DNA of 64,000 nucleotides, from the NCBI RefSeq assembly GCF_002113885.1, contig NW_018406319.1, positions 611,769 through 675,768 on the forward strand. The letters run 5' to 3'. The notes below the pieces were generated by a model. The model ran no database searches and had not been told where the DNA came from. It saw only the letters and a program-made list of their open reading frames with translations. Below are positions 48,822 to 60,870 of the stretch, one piece after another (the stretch's first letter is position 1; the number at the start of each line of letters is the position of its first letter). The DNA comes from Mizuhopecten yessoensis (Eukaryota). The position numbers were made by a program, and so were the translations under genes.

Positions 48822-51580
48822 GGTTTTTTCTTTTTCTTTTCTATTTTATAGTTTATTATCCCGAATACAATAGGGAATACCAGGATGGGGCCTGACCTAA
48901 TCCCTGTACATAGTACATGTAGCCTATTCATTCTCTGACTCTCTGTATTTTGTACCCTCATCTTCCTCACTCTGTCTATTTTTTCTCTTGCTCATTTTCT
49001 TTCTTTCTACTCAATTTCTCTTACATTGATTTCAATTTCAATTTGCAAAAATTGCTTGTAACTTATTTTCTAATTGTTGATATCTTTTAACGCTTTCAAT
49101 TGCATTGATTGTAAACCTTAGTTCTTGTTTTACACACTTCAAAATATGCTGTGTGAAGTCAGCAATTTCATATTCATCATCAAATTTTATCTTATTTTGT
49201 TCTTTCCATATGTGCCACTTTGTAGTTAAGACAAACAAATTGATTATTGCATTATATTCTTGGTTTAGATTACAGCTTCCTAACATTACAACTTTCTTTG
49301 GTATATTTGATTTGAATGTGAGGCTTTGTTTATAAATGAGTTAACTGTCTTCCAAATTTCTGTTATTTTATTACATCTGAAGAATAAATGAATTTGATTT
49401 TCCTGAACTATATGACAAAGTGTACATAATTCGTTTGACAGTCTCATTTTAAATGATTTTGCCTCCGTAGAAATAATATTATGTAAGCATTTCCATTGGA
49501 AGTCGTTACATTTCCTATTTGCTATAGATGATTTTAAAGAAGTCCAAATTATAACCCAATCTATGTCATCATTTTGATAAACAGCATCCCAGCTATTTTG
49601 TGATTTGGAATAGTATTTCTTATTCAAAATTAGTTCTTTCAATATTTTATTCTTTAATCTATTCGGATCCATTACTTCATCGTTTTTATTTATTTTTATG
49701 TGTAGTTCATCAGTTTAAACTATGGGTTCAATTTCTGGAGTCTCATGGTTAAGTGATTTTACTTCTTGTAACCAATTGTTACATGAAGAAATTGCCTTCT
49801 TGACTATGGAGAATTCTGACATCCAGTTATCTTTGAATCGTAACTTCTCCAAATATTCTTGAGAATTTATAAAATTATTTCTTTCTTCACTCCATATGTC
49901 TTTTATTTTCATTATATTTGATTTTGTCCAGTTTTTTTAGGAAGATCGGATTTTTTTTTAATGTGATATTTGTGTTTCCAATTATCCTTTAATTAAGTGT
50001 TTCATGTTTTGTTTTGACCGAACGTCGTTTTAGCATAACCTGCCAACCTTGAAGAGAGATCTTATAGAACTGTGGAATATTTTGTAATTCTAGTGATTTT
50101 GTAGTGTTACATTTACACAAAAAGAAATTTTGAGAGAAGGTAGAATCATATTTTTGAAGCCAGTATTTCCCCCAACGCATTCCAGCATTGTAGTTCTGAG
50201 TGAATGATCTTGTATATATTTTTAATACCCTTTAACGTCTCCATTAAGTCAAGATCAATCATATTTAATCCACCAATTTTAATTTCTCTATAACATGTTT
50301 CTTTTGCAACTTTATTTACATTAGAGTTCCATAAATATGTGTAAATTAGTTTAGAGTATTAATGATTTTATTATAGGATTTTTTCCTTGAAGTGTAAGAT
50401 TTCTTTTTTTCCTACAATATATGGTTGACTCAAGTTTTCTTATTTTTTCTTCACAAATTTCATCCAAGTTTATTCCATAACCATGCATTATCCCAAGAGC
50501 CTTTATTCGCTCTACCCAAGTAATTTCCTTAAAGTGAGGAGGTCTCTGTTTCCATGTTCACTGTACCTATGTACATACCTTTTGTTTTTTTCTTATTTAT
50601 TTTGGCACCAGATGCCTTTTCGTATTGGTTTAAAACATTAAAGATTAAAGGAATAGATTTCTTATTACCAGCAAATAATTGTTAGTCGTCGGCAAACATT
50701 TTAATTTTTGCTTCCATTTTTCCATTTTTACTATACGGAATATCAATTCCTTTTTTATTTTTCCTGATAGAACATGCCATGGATTCAGCTTGGAGGATAT
50801 AAATCAACGGTGCTATCGGGCACCCTTGTTTTACGGAACGTGATAACTTAAATGGTTTTGAAATAAAGCCAGTTGTAAGGATGTGTCTAGATGATTGCTT
50901 ATACGTCATTTTTATCCATTCTATAATTACTTTCCCAAATCCAAATTTTTTAAGACACATTTCTACCCATTCCCATTCCACCCGATCAAATGCCTTTTTT
51001 TGATCTAAAAAAGTAATACTTCCACCTTTATTTTCTTCATTGGAGTACTCGATAATATCTTGGATTAAACGAATACTGTCTTCTATGTTTCTTCCCTTTA
51101 CAACCCCCTTCTGGTCGCTATGAATAATATTTGGAAGTTCCTTTTTAATGCGTTCTGGAAGAATTTTTGTTATAATTTTGTAATCTGTATGCAGGAGAGT
51201 GATTGGGCACCAATTTTTGATGTCCTCCCTTTCTCCCTGTTTGTACAAAAGGGTAATCAAACCCTTATATTGAGATGGGCATAGCTCTTTTGTTTGGAAT
51301 ATATCTATTATAACATAAGTAAATTGGTGCTTTATTAAATTCCAGTAAGTTTGATAAAACTCTGCAATAATACCATCCATACCAGGTGATCGATTGGCTT
51401 TTAAATTACCAAAATCAGTTCTAACCTCATTTGCAACAGTTGCCTCTACATTCTGTAGTAGATTATTTGCTTCATCAACATCTATTCCTTCAGTAGTAAA
51501 AAGATTACTATAAACTTTACTTGTTCCTTAAGTATATCGTTTATATTATTTTTATAGCTTCCGTCTTCACATTTAATTGA
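48822..51580 (-). mobile_element. Decayed Tx1/L1-clade LINE ORF2 (RT plus C-terminal zinc knuckle), 5'-truncated
   Basis: PGMDGIIAEFY, KNWCPITLLHTDYKI, LDQKKAFDRVEW, VKQGCPIAPLIY, KMFADD, GGLNMIDL, CTLCHIVQENQIHLFFRC; A-rich 3' end. Confidence 0.9.
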
Positions 51581-51584
51581 GACC

Positions 51585-52305
51585 CTTGTCTTATTAGTAA
51601 GGTCTACCTGTTCCTTGTCGAATTTGTAAGGTCTACTTGTTCCTTGTCTAATTAGTAAGGTCTACCTGTTCCTTGTCTAATTAGTAAGGGTACCTGTTCC
51701 TTGTCGAATTTGTAAGGTCTACCTGTTCCTTGTCTAATTAGTAAGGTCTACCTGTTCCTTGTCTTATTAGTAAGGTCTACCTGTTCCTTGTCGAATTTGT
51801 AAGGTCTACCTGCTTCTTGTCTAATTAGTAAGGTCTACTTGTTCCTTGTCTAATTAGTAAGGTCTACCTGTTCCTTGTCTTATTAGTAAGGTCTACCTGT
51901 TCCTTGTCTTATTAGTAAGGTCTACCTGTTCCTTGTCTAATTAGTAAGGTCTACCTGTTCCTTGTCTAATTAGTAAGGTCTACCTGTTCCTTGTCATATT
52001 AGTAAGGTCTACCTGTCCCTTGTCTAATTAGTAAGGTCTACCTGTTCCTTGTCTAATTAGTAAGGTCTACCTGTTCCTTGTCTAATTAATAAGATCTACC
52101 TGTTCCTTGTCTTATTAGTAAGGTCTACCTGTTCCTTGTCTTATAAGTAAGATCTACCTGTTCCTTGTCTTATTTGTAAGGTCTACTTGTTCCTCGTCTT
52201 ATTAGTAAGATCTACCTGTTCCACATCTAATTAGTAAGATCTACCTGTTCCACATCTAATTAGTAAGATCTACCTGTTCCACATCTAATTAGTAAGGTCT
52301 ACCTA
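51585..52305. repeat. 29-bp satellite variant A (tagtaaggtctacctgttccttgtctaat)
   Basis: Direct periodicity. Confidence 0.95.
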
Positions 52306-53110
52306 TTTTGTATCTAAACTGTTTGAGAGTACAGTGTGACCAGTAATTAGTTACGGTGCTACTACGTGGGGAACACGTACATTTAGTTATATTGTGGCTA
52401 TTCAAAATCACGCATGTAGATTGTATCTAGGCCTTGGTCGTTATGCGCCTAACGTAGCTGTTAGAGGGGACATGGGTTGGACTCCAGTAATAGTGAACCA
52501 ATGGCAAGCTGTTGTTAGACATTGGCGTCGTCTTCATAATCTGTCGGATACAAGATTGAATAAGGCTGTATTTACCTGGAGTGGGCATATAGGTGACCAC
52601 CGAAATAAAAATTGGAACTTCAGGGTAATGTCAAGACTCCGGGAGCTAGGCTTGGATAACTACAGCACAGGTCAGAGTAAAAAAAAAAGAAAAAAAGGAC
52701 GTTAAGGTCCGTGGCTTGGAATTGTTTATTGAAAATTGGAAAAGGGAACTTAATCGTCCCGGAGCCAAAAAAAAAAGTTTCTGGAGGTAACAAACTACGT
52801 ATGTACAGGTTATTTAAGTTTAATTATGAGGTAAAAAAATATTAATATGTTAGTAATGCCTAAATCCCATCGTAGTGCGCTAGCTAAGTTTAGGAGTGGG
52901 GTTGCACCGACACGCATCGAAACAGGCCGGTAGGGTTTCGCGTGTAATGGTAGAAATAGAGAGTCATGTTTTAATAGAATGTAACTTGTATGATGATCTC
53001 CGATCGGGTCTTTTGCAGGAGGCCAATAATATCACAAGTGATTTTTACAATATGAGTAAAGATGAACTGTTAATCGACGTCGCAACTTGCTCTATAATTA
53101 AGTAGTAATG
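52306..53110 (+). mobile_element. Decayed LINE ORF2 C-terminus (RTE-X-like)
   Basis: PVISYGATTWG, IQNHACRLYLG, AVRGDMGW, KLRMYRLFK, HRSALAKFRSGVAPTRIETGR, ESHVLIECNLYDDLR, with frameshifts. Confidence 0.8.
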
Positions 53111-53326
53111 TGTCTTTCAATGTCAATAATTTTTATATTTTCATATTGGCAAAGCTTTATTGATTATGTGTAGGTGGACTCTTAACTTTTAATTTATATT
53201 GATGTACATATGTGTAATACTTTTACAGTCTAGAGTGATAGGGGAAGAGTGAGTGTCTCGTAAGTCTAATATAGTAGACTGGATGTAAGGGTGGGTGAGC
53301 AGACATATTTTAGAAATTGTAAAAGA

Positions 53327-54958
53327 GTATGGTCTATATATGTTTCACGTCTAAATAGTATGGTCTATATGTTTCATGTCTAATTAGTATGGTCTATATG
53401 TTCCACATCTAATTAATATGGCCTATATGTTTCACGTCTAATTAGTATGGTCTACATGTTTCACGTTTAAATAGAATGGTCAATATGTTTCACGTCTAAT
53501 TAGTGTGGTCTATATGTTTCACGTCTTATTAGTATGGTCTATATGTTTCACGTCTTATTAGTATGGTCTATATGTTTCAGGTCTAATTAGTATGGTCTAT
53601 TTGTTTCACGTCTAATTAGTATGCTCTATATGTTTCACGTCTAAATAGTATGGTCTATATGTTTCAGGTCTAATTAGTATGGTCTATTTGTTTCACGTCT
53701 AATTAGTATGATCTATATGTTTCACGTCTAATTAGTATGGTCTATATGTTTCACGTCTAATTAGTATGGTCTACATGTTCCACGTTTAAATAGTATGGTC
53801 AATATGTTTCACGTCTAATTAGTGTGGTCTATATGTTTCACGTCTAATTAGTATGGTCTATATGTTCCACATCTAATTAGTATGGTCTATATGTTTCACG
53901 TCTAAATAGTATGGTCTATATGTTTCATGTCTAATTAGTATGGTCTATATTTTTCACGTCTAAATAGTATGGTCTATATGTTTCACGTCTAATTAGTATG
54001 GTCTATATTTTTCACGTCTAATTAGTGTAGTCTATATGTTTGACGTCTAATTAGTATGGTCTATATGTTTCACGTCGAATTAGTATGGTCTATATGTGTC
54101 ACGTCTAATTAGTATGGTCTATATGTTTCACGTCTAATTAGTATGGTCTATATGTTCCACATCTAATTAGTATGGTCTATATATGTTTCACGTTTAAATA
54201 GTATGGTCTATATTTTTCACGTCTAATTAGTGTAGTCTATATGTTTCACGTCTAATTAGTATGGTCTATATGTTTCACGTCTAATTAGTATGGTCTATAT
54301 GTTTAATGTCTAATTAGTGTGGTCTATATGTTTCACGTCTAATTAGTGTGGTCTATATGTTTCACGTCTAATAAGTGTGGACTATATGTTTCACGTCTAA
54401 TTAGTATGGACTATATTTTTCACGTCCAATTAGTATGGTCTATATGTTTCACTTCTATTTAGTCTGGTCTATATGTTTCACGTCTAATTAGTCTGGTCTA
54501 TATGTTTCACGTCTAATTAGTCTGGTCTATATGTTTCACGTCTAATTAGTATGGTCTATATGTTTCACGTCTAATTAGTATGGTCTATATGTTTCCCGTC
54601 TAATTAGTGTGGTCTATATGTTTCACGTCTAATAAGTGTGGTCTATATGTTTCACGTCTAATTAGTATGGTCTATATGTTTCACGTCTAATTAGTATGGT
54701 TTATATGTTTCACGTCTAAATAGTATGGTCTATATGTTTCATGCCTAATTACTAAGATCTACCTATTTAATGTCTAATTACTAAGATCTACCTTTTTGAT
54801 GTCTAATTATTAAGATCTACCTATTTAATGTCTAATTACTAAGATCTACCTATTTAATGTCTAATTACTAAGATCTATCTTTTTGATGTCTAATTACTAA
54901 GATCTACCTATTTAATGTCTAATTACTAAGATCTACCTATTTAATGTCTAATTACTAA
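53327..54958. repeat. 29-bp satellite variants B (tagtatggtctatatgtttcacgtctaat) and C (tactaagatctacctatttaatgtctaat)
   Basis: B spans 53327-54745, C spans 54746-54958. Confidence 0.95.
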
Positions 54959-55111
54959 GTCGACACCTTAAAGTCATTTTATCTTAAACGATTTTTTATT
55001 TTTTCTAAAGGAACTCAAGGGAACATATTAATTTGGTGCCTTTCTTGACGACTTTACATCTAAACATTTACAGCTTGTTTATTTGCAATATCTATTTTTC
55101 CGTTTCAGCCG

Positions 55112-56197
55112 ATGACGACGTCGTTGATTGGTGACAACTCCACCGCCAATAGTACCTGGCCCTTGGATCAGGGCAACATTACCCATCGGCCGTACGAGAT
55201 GGATCCCAACGAAATTTTGGACCTGCAAAAGCGCTTCATTCCCATCATAGTACTCTCGATTCCTGCCCACCTAAGTATTCTAATCATAATCCTTTGTAAC
55301 AAGAGCCTGCGGAATCAAGCCTTCTTTATGGGAGTTCTCAGTATGACTATCTTTGACCTGTTCCATTACATGGTTGTTCTCCCGATAAACTTTGACCATT
55401 ATATCAACTGGGGGAAATGGCGTCACGGCAATATTGTCTGTATTGTCTACATAGTCTTTTTAAACAGTAAGCTCTACGTTTCTGCTTTGATGATCCTAGC
55501 GTTGTGTGTTGAACGGCTGATGACGAAGCTGCGATCTGTCGCTGTCGTTGGCGAGAGAACATCGTCTATCGTATCTAAGGTGTGTCTTGTGCTTCCCTGG
55601 TGTATTGGTATTGTTGGTGGAGTGCTCATCACTCTGATCAAACAGGATGAAATGTCGCGACACCGATATTTGCATGAGCATTATTGTGTGTTCATGGTGG
55701 AACAGACCTTCCATATTCCCTATCTTGTAATCATGTACCTGATACCACTCGGCCTACTGGTCCTGGTACCCATAGCTATGATGATGGTTGTTTACAAGTA
55801 CAAGAAGTCGGACTGGAATCGTTTATCTGCGGAAACTTTGGAACCGGCAGCTGTCAGTTTGCGCATGTCCACTTTGTGTGTTTGGATTGTGAGCATTGTT
55901 TATGTTGTCCTGTGCGTACCTGTGACATATTGTTTGACACTACTCGTGTTGTGTGTACGTCGTATAGCCGGCTGCCCAACTATACAGTTATACAGGGATA
56001 CGCACACAGTCTCTCTCCTTCTTGGGTTCGTGACGCCCTTTTTATGGATCATCACCGTTGAAATCCGCGCCGCTTTGTTGTCATTTAAATTTCGCGTCAT
56101 AAACATGGTTACACCATCTGAGGGCCAGAAAACAGTCTTGTCCTTTTCCTCACTGCAGCATAAAATCTCTTCGGACGATACAGGTACTGGGCGCTAA
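55112..56197 (+). CDS. Divergent rhodopsin-like (class A) GPCR, single coding exon, 361 aa
   Basis: N-terminal N-glycosylation sequons (NST, NST, NIT), 7 TM, TM2 LSMTIFDL, ECL1 W..G...C, CVERL at the DRY position, TM4 LPW, ECL2 Cys, TM5 YLIP; acceptor tttcag at 55108 just before the ATG. Confidence 0.9.
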   Translation: MTTSLIGDNSTANSTWPLDQGNITHRPYEMDPNEILDLQKRFIPIIVLSIPAHLSILIIILCNKSLRNQAFFMGVLSMTIFDLFHYMVVLPINFDHYINWGKWRHGNIVCIVYIVFLNSKLYVSALMILALCVERLMTKLRSVAVVGERTSSIVSKVCLVLPWCIGIVGGVLITLIKQDEMSRHRYLHEHYCVFMVEQTFHIPYLVIMYLIPLGLLVLVPIAMMMVVYKYKKSDWNRLSAETLEPAAVSLRMSTLCVWIVSIVYVVLCVPVTYCLTLLVLCVRRIAGCPTIQLYRDTHTVSLLLGFVTPFLWIITVEIRAALLSFKFRVINMVTPSEGQKTVLSFSSLQHKISSDDTGTGR

Positions 56198-56549
56198 CTG
56201 TCTACGTACCCGTTTGCATAGAGCTGTTTCAAACCAAACTGCCTTTACTTGTATTAAATATCGTGACGCTATGGGAAACACATGTGTTCAAGCTGTCAGA
56301 GATATGTATAGCCAGGCTGAACATTAAGTCAGAAATATAAATATTCATATCATATTAATTTTGTAGTCGATCAAATAAAGCCATATTTAAAATAAAGACT
56401 TGAACAGTTTTGAGACATTATTGCAGAGAAACGTTGCTGCTCCCTAGCAGTGCATACGCTGTGTACGTCGTGTTCCTTTCATGATAGACTGAGTACATGT
56501 CACAATGGCGTAGAAGTAAATGTAAAAGTAAACACTGGGCGGCAAGCAA

Positions 56550-56723
56550 TCAATATCCCCCATTGTATCATTGTAGAAATATACACGCAATACTGCCCAT
56601 ATTATCATTGTATGAATGAAAATTCAATATCGCCAATTGTATCATCGTAGAAATAAACAATCAACATTGCCATTGGTTCATCGTAGAAATAAACATTCAA
56701 TATCAATCATTGTATCATTATAG
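56550..56723. repeat. 37-bp minisatellite, left part; resumes at 59304-59665
   Basis: cccattgtatcatt(g/a)tagaaata..caata units on both sides of the inserted elements. Confidence 0.8.
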
Positions 56724-57998
56724 AAACAAGAGGCCCAGAGGGCTGGTATCGCTCACCTGGATATCTAAGGAATCATGGCAAAATATTCTCAAAATTAGAT
56801 CCAAGGGAATATGCTAGACCCAAAGGCCCATCCTTGATTTGTCATGCCCAGCGATTTCATGTATGGTTATGGGATGGGGATCTCAACTGTTTCCAAGCTA
56901 TGACTCAGAAACTAGGTCCCTAGGGTTGTGGCCAGACCCCAGGATCAATTATAATATCATGACTGCAAGGATGGGGCAGACCCTGGGGTCAATTCTAATA
57001 GCATGACTGCATTCGTCTCTTTATGCCCAGCAATTGTATATATAGTTTTAGGTAGGGATCTTAACCGTTTCATAGTTATGACCCAGGGGTTAAGTCTCCA
57101 AGGGTGGGGCAGACCCCAAGGCCATCATGGAAGCGTATTTTCATTCATCTCTTTATACTCAGCAATTCTATATACGGTTATAGGGTGGGGATCTCAGCTG
57201 TTTCCAAGCTGTGACTAAGAAACTAGGCCCCAATGGGTTCGGTCAGACCCCAGGGTCTATTCTAATATCATGACTGCATTCGTTTCTTTATGCCCAGCAT
57301 TTGGATATATAGTTTTGGGTGGGGATCTGAACCGTTTCAAAGTCATGTCCCAGGGTCTATGTCTTCAAGGGTGGGGCCAGACCCCAAGGCAATTCTGGAG
57401 GCAAATGTGCATTCTTCTTTTTATATTCAGCAATTGTATGCGGTGGGGATCTCAATCATTTCCAAGTGATACACTTTTTTTGGCCCACCTTCTAGCACGG
57501 GGGTCAGCCCCACCATTTGTACAATTTTGAATCCCTGCCTCCCATAAATGCTCTGACCAAATATGATTGATATCCACGGCACAGTTCTACAGAAGCAGTC
57601 GTTTATAGCAGTATAGCCAAATTGCCCCCTTTTGGCCCGACTCCACAGCACCCTGGGGAGAAGGGGGGATGTCAGCTCCACCATTTGTACAGTTTTGAAT
57701 CCACACCACCTAGGGATGCTTCCGGTCAAATATGGTTGATATCCATCTCTTAGTTTTACAGAAGAAGTCGTTTGTAGCAATATAGTCAAATTGCCCCCTT
57801 TTGGGCCCTGCCCCTCAGCCCCCTTAGGGTCAGCCCCACCGTTTGTACAATTTTGAATCAGCACCACCTAGGGATGCTTCCAGTCAAATTTAGTTAAATT
57901 CCAATCAGTGGTTAAGAAGATGAAAGTCGTTTGAAGAAAGTGTTGACGTACGGACGACGGACGGACGCCACGGTATGGCATACGCTCACCTAGGTCCT
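56724..57998 (+). mobile_element. Second HINE (pearl/CvA-like), 3' hairpin truncated
   Basis: aaacaagaggccc..cgctcacctg start, degenerate internal repeats, ggacgacggacggacg microsatellite, then gctcacctaggtcct. Confidence 0.8.
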
Positions 57999-58012
57999 AA
58001 GAAATACTCAAT

Positions 58013-59303
58013 ATTATACAATTATGGACTTTTGTGCTGGTGAATATGATGAAAGGGATATTTACCATGGAACTCATGGAGACAAAAAAAAACAAAAAAA
58101 AACCAAATATCAGAACCTTGAGGTTTTTTTTCTTCTTGTTGAAGCATATCAATATCTCTTTTTTAGATTCATATCACATCATATTCACCAGCACAAAAGT
58201 CCATATCTGTTTTATTACATGCTGTAACAAGAAAATTCAAAAACAAAACCTCAAGGTTCTGATTTGTTTTCTTTTTTTCCCCCATGAGTTTCATGGACGT
58301 GACTTGGAACGCTCGTTTTGACTTAGGAAATTCTTTACCGTTGATGGTGTCAAATTCTTGCAAATATCTATTCAACGTGAGAGTGGAATTTTTGTATAGT
58401 TCCGAGACATTTACTGGAACGAGCCTCTGTGTAAAAGTTAGCCAGGGTTGAATCCAACAGATTGGCATAATAGCTTTCGAAGACATCGCCAAGGTTATTT
58501 TCCTTAAGATAAGCATGGAGGACATCCACTGCGTGTACGGCGGCCTTTTTGTGTAAACATCATCTTTATCTTCGAGAATTTTCGGACAGTTTCAGATGTA
58601 ACGGAGGCGACGCAGCCATCTTCTGTTGTCATATGACAGATCGCGTTCCGGTCTAACTGCGCATGTGCTACGAGAGGTTGCGGGGAATTTCCATATAGGC
58701 TATTTTTAGAAATCGATATTCACCTGATAACCAGTATACATGAGGTTTTGAGGACTGGTCACGTGTAACGGATCGAGCCAATGTGATTGCGAGGAAATTC
58801 CACGCAACCTCTCGTAGCACTTGCGCAGTTAGACCGGAACGCGATCTGTCAGATGACAACAGAAGATGGCTGCTGGAGAACGCTTCGCCTCCGTTACATC
58901 TGAAAATTTCATAAAACTTCCTCGAAAGGTAAAGATCCTAATATTACCAAAAAGGCCACCGAACATGCAGTGCGTTTCCTCCATGCTTATCTTAAGGATT
59001 ATAACCTTGACGATGGCTTCGAAAGCTACGATACTGAACTGTTGGATTCAACTCTTGCTAAATTTTACAAAGAGAACCTTGCGTTTTTCTTTTTAAATTT
59101 CATTGTTGAAGCATATAATAAAACAGTTATGGGCTTTTGTGATGGTAAATATTATGCGATATGAACCTGAAAAAAAGTGATATAAACCTCGGCTTCTCCT
59201 CGGTAAATATCACATTTTCAGGTTCATCCTTCGCCTCGGTCAATATCACTTTTTAAGGTTTATATCGCATCATATTCACCAGTACAAAAGTCCATAATTG
59301 TAT
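58013..59303. mobile_element. Palindromic non-autonomous Crypton-like element: two divergent tyrosine-recombinase N-terminal fragments with hairpin ends
   Basis: Termini tatacaattatggacttttgtgctggtgaatatgatg / catcatattcaccagtacaaaagtccataattgtata; inverted arms around a ~90-bp spacer (58702-58791); arms encode RFASVTSE..TKKATEHAVRFLHAYLKD..FESYD.ELLDSTLAKFY and NFYTEAR..ELYKNSTL.LNRYLQEFD.INGKEFPKSKRAF. Confidence 0.72.
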
Positions 59304-59665
59304 ATTGTATCATTGTAGATATACACACTCAATATTGCCCATTGTATCATTGTATAAATGAATACTTAATACCGCCCATTGATTCGTTGTATAAATAAAT
59401 ACTTAATACCGCCCTTTTTAACATTGTAGAAATACTCACTCAATATGCATTGTATCATAACAGTCATAAACATTCAATATTGCCCATTGTATCATTATAG
59501 AATTACACACCCAATATCGCCCATTGTATCATTATAGAAATAAATACTCAATATTGCCCATTGTATCATTATAGAAATAAATACTCAATATTGCCCATTG
59601 TATCATTATAGAAATAAATACTCAATACTGCCCATTGTATCATTATAGAAATAAACACTTAATAT
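59304..59665. repeat. 37-bp minisatellite, right part
   Basis: cccattgtatcattatagaaataaatactcaatattg. Confidence 0.9.
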
Positions 59666-59843
59666 CACTCGTTCGAGATCTTGAGATTGATATAAAGCAG
59701 CATAGCAAATTTAGAAATCCATTCACTTTTACTAAAGTTATCTTGCTCACAAGAAACAAAATAACGCAGGACGCACGGCGCACGACGACAGACGAAGACG
59801 GATGAAAATAGGTCACCATGACCTATGGTCAAGTGACCTACAA
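59666..59843 (+). mobile_element. HINE 3'-end fragment
   Basis: gacgcacg/gacg microsatellite and hairpin taggtcaccatgacc..ggtcaagtgaccta. Confidence 0.6.
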
Positions 59844-59919
59844 ACAACATATGTCGCCCATTGTAAGTTAGTTAAAACACCCTGGATCGCCTATTATAAC
59901 GATGTTAAACACGACAAAT

Positions 59920-60870
59920 AACGCCAATTGTAACATAGTTAAACCACTCTATATCGCCCCTTGTGACATAGTTAACACACTCTATATCGCCCCTTGTGAC
60001 ATAGTTAACACACTCTATATCGCCCCTTGTGACATAGTTAACACACTCTATATCGCCCCTTGTGACATAGTTAACACACTCTATATCGCCCCTTGTGACA
60101 TAGTTAACACACTCTATATCGCCCATTGTGACATAGTTAAAGCACTCCATATCGCCCATTGTGACATAGTTAAAGCACTGTATATCGCCCATTGTGACAT
60201 AGTTAAAGCACTCTATATCGCCGATTGTGACATAGTTAAACCACTCTATATCGCCCATTGTGACATAGTTAACACACTCTATATCGCCCCTTGTGACATA
60301 GTTAACACACTCTATATCGCCCATTGTGACATAGTTAACACACTCTATATCGCCCATTGTGACCTAGTTAAAGCACTATATATCGCCCATTGCGACATAG
60401 TTAAAGCACTCTATATCGCCCATTGTGCCATAGTTAAACCACTCTATATCGCCCATTGTGACATAGTTAAAGCCACCATTCACCGCCCATTGTGACATAG
60501 TTAAAGCACTGTATATCGCCCATTGTGACATAGTTAAAGCACTATATATCGCCCATTGTGACATAGTCAAAACACTAGATATCGCCCATTGTGACATAGT
60601 TAAAGCACTGTATATCGCCCATTGTGACATAGTTAAAGCACTGTATATCGCCCATTGTGACATAGTTAAAGCACTCTATATCGCCCATTGTGATATAGTT
60701 AAAGCACTATATATCGCCCATTGTGACATAGTTAAAGCACTATATATCGCCCATTGTGACATAGTCAAAACACTATATATCGCCCATTGTGACATAGTTA
60801 AAGCACTATATATCGCCCATTGTGACATAGTTAAAGCAACCATATATCGCTCGTTTTGAGATAGTTAAAA
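59920..60870. repeat. 33-bp minisatellite (tatatcgcccattgtgacatagttaaagcactc)
   Basis: Direct periodicity; explains ORFs 59902-60495, 59905-60357, 60376-60663. Confidence 0.96.

Noticed and set aside
59902-60663. Cys/His repeat ORFs (LYIAHCDIVKA)n
   Set aside because: A 33-bp minisatellite open on both strands; not a metal-binding repeat protein.
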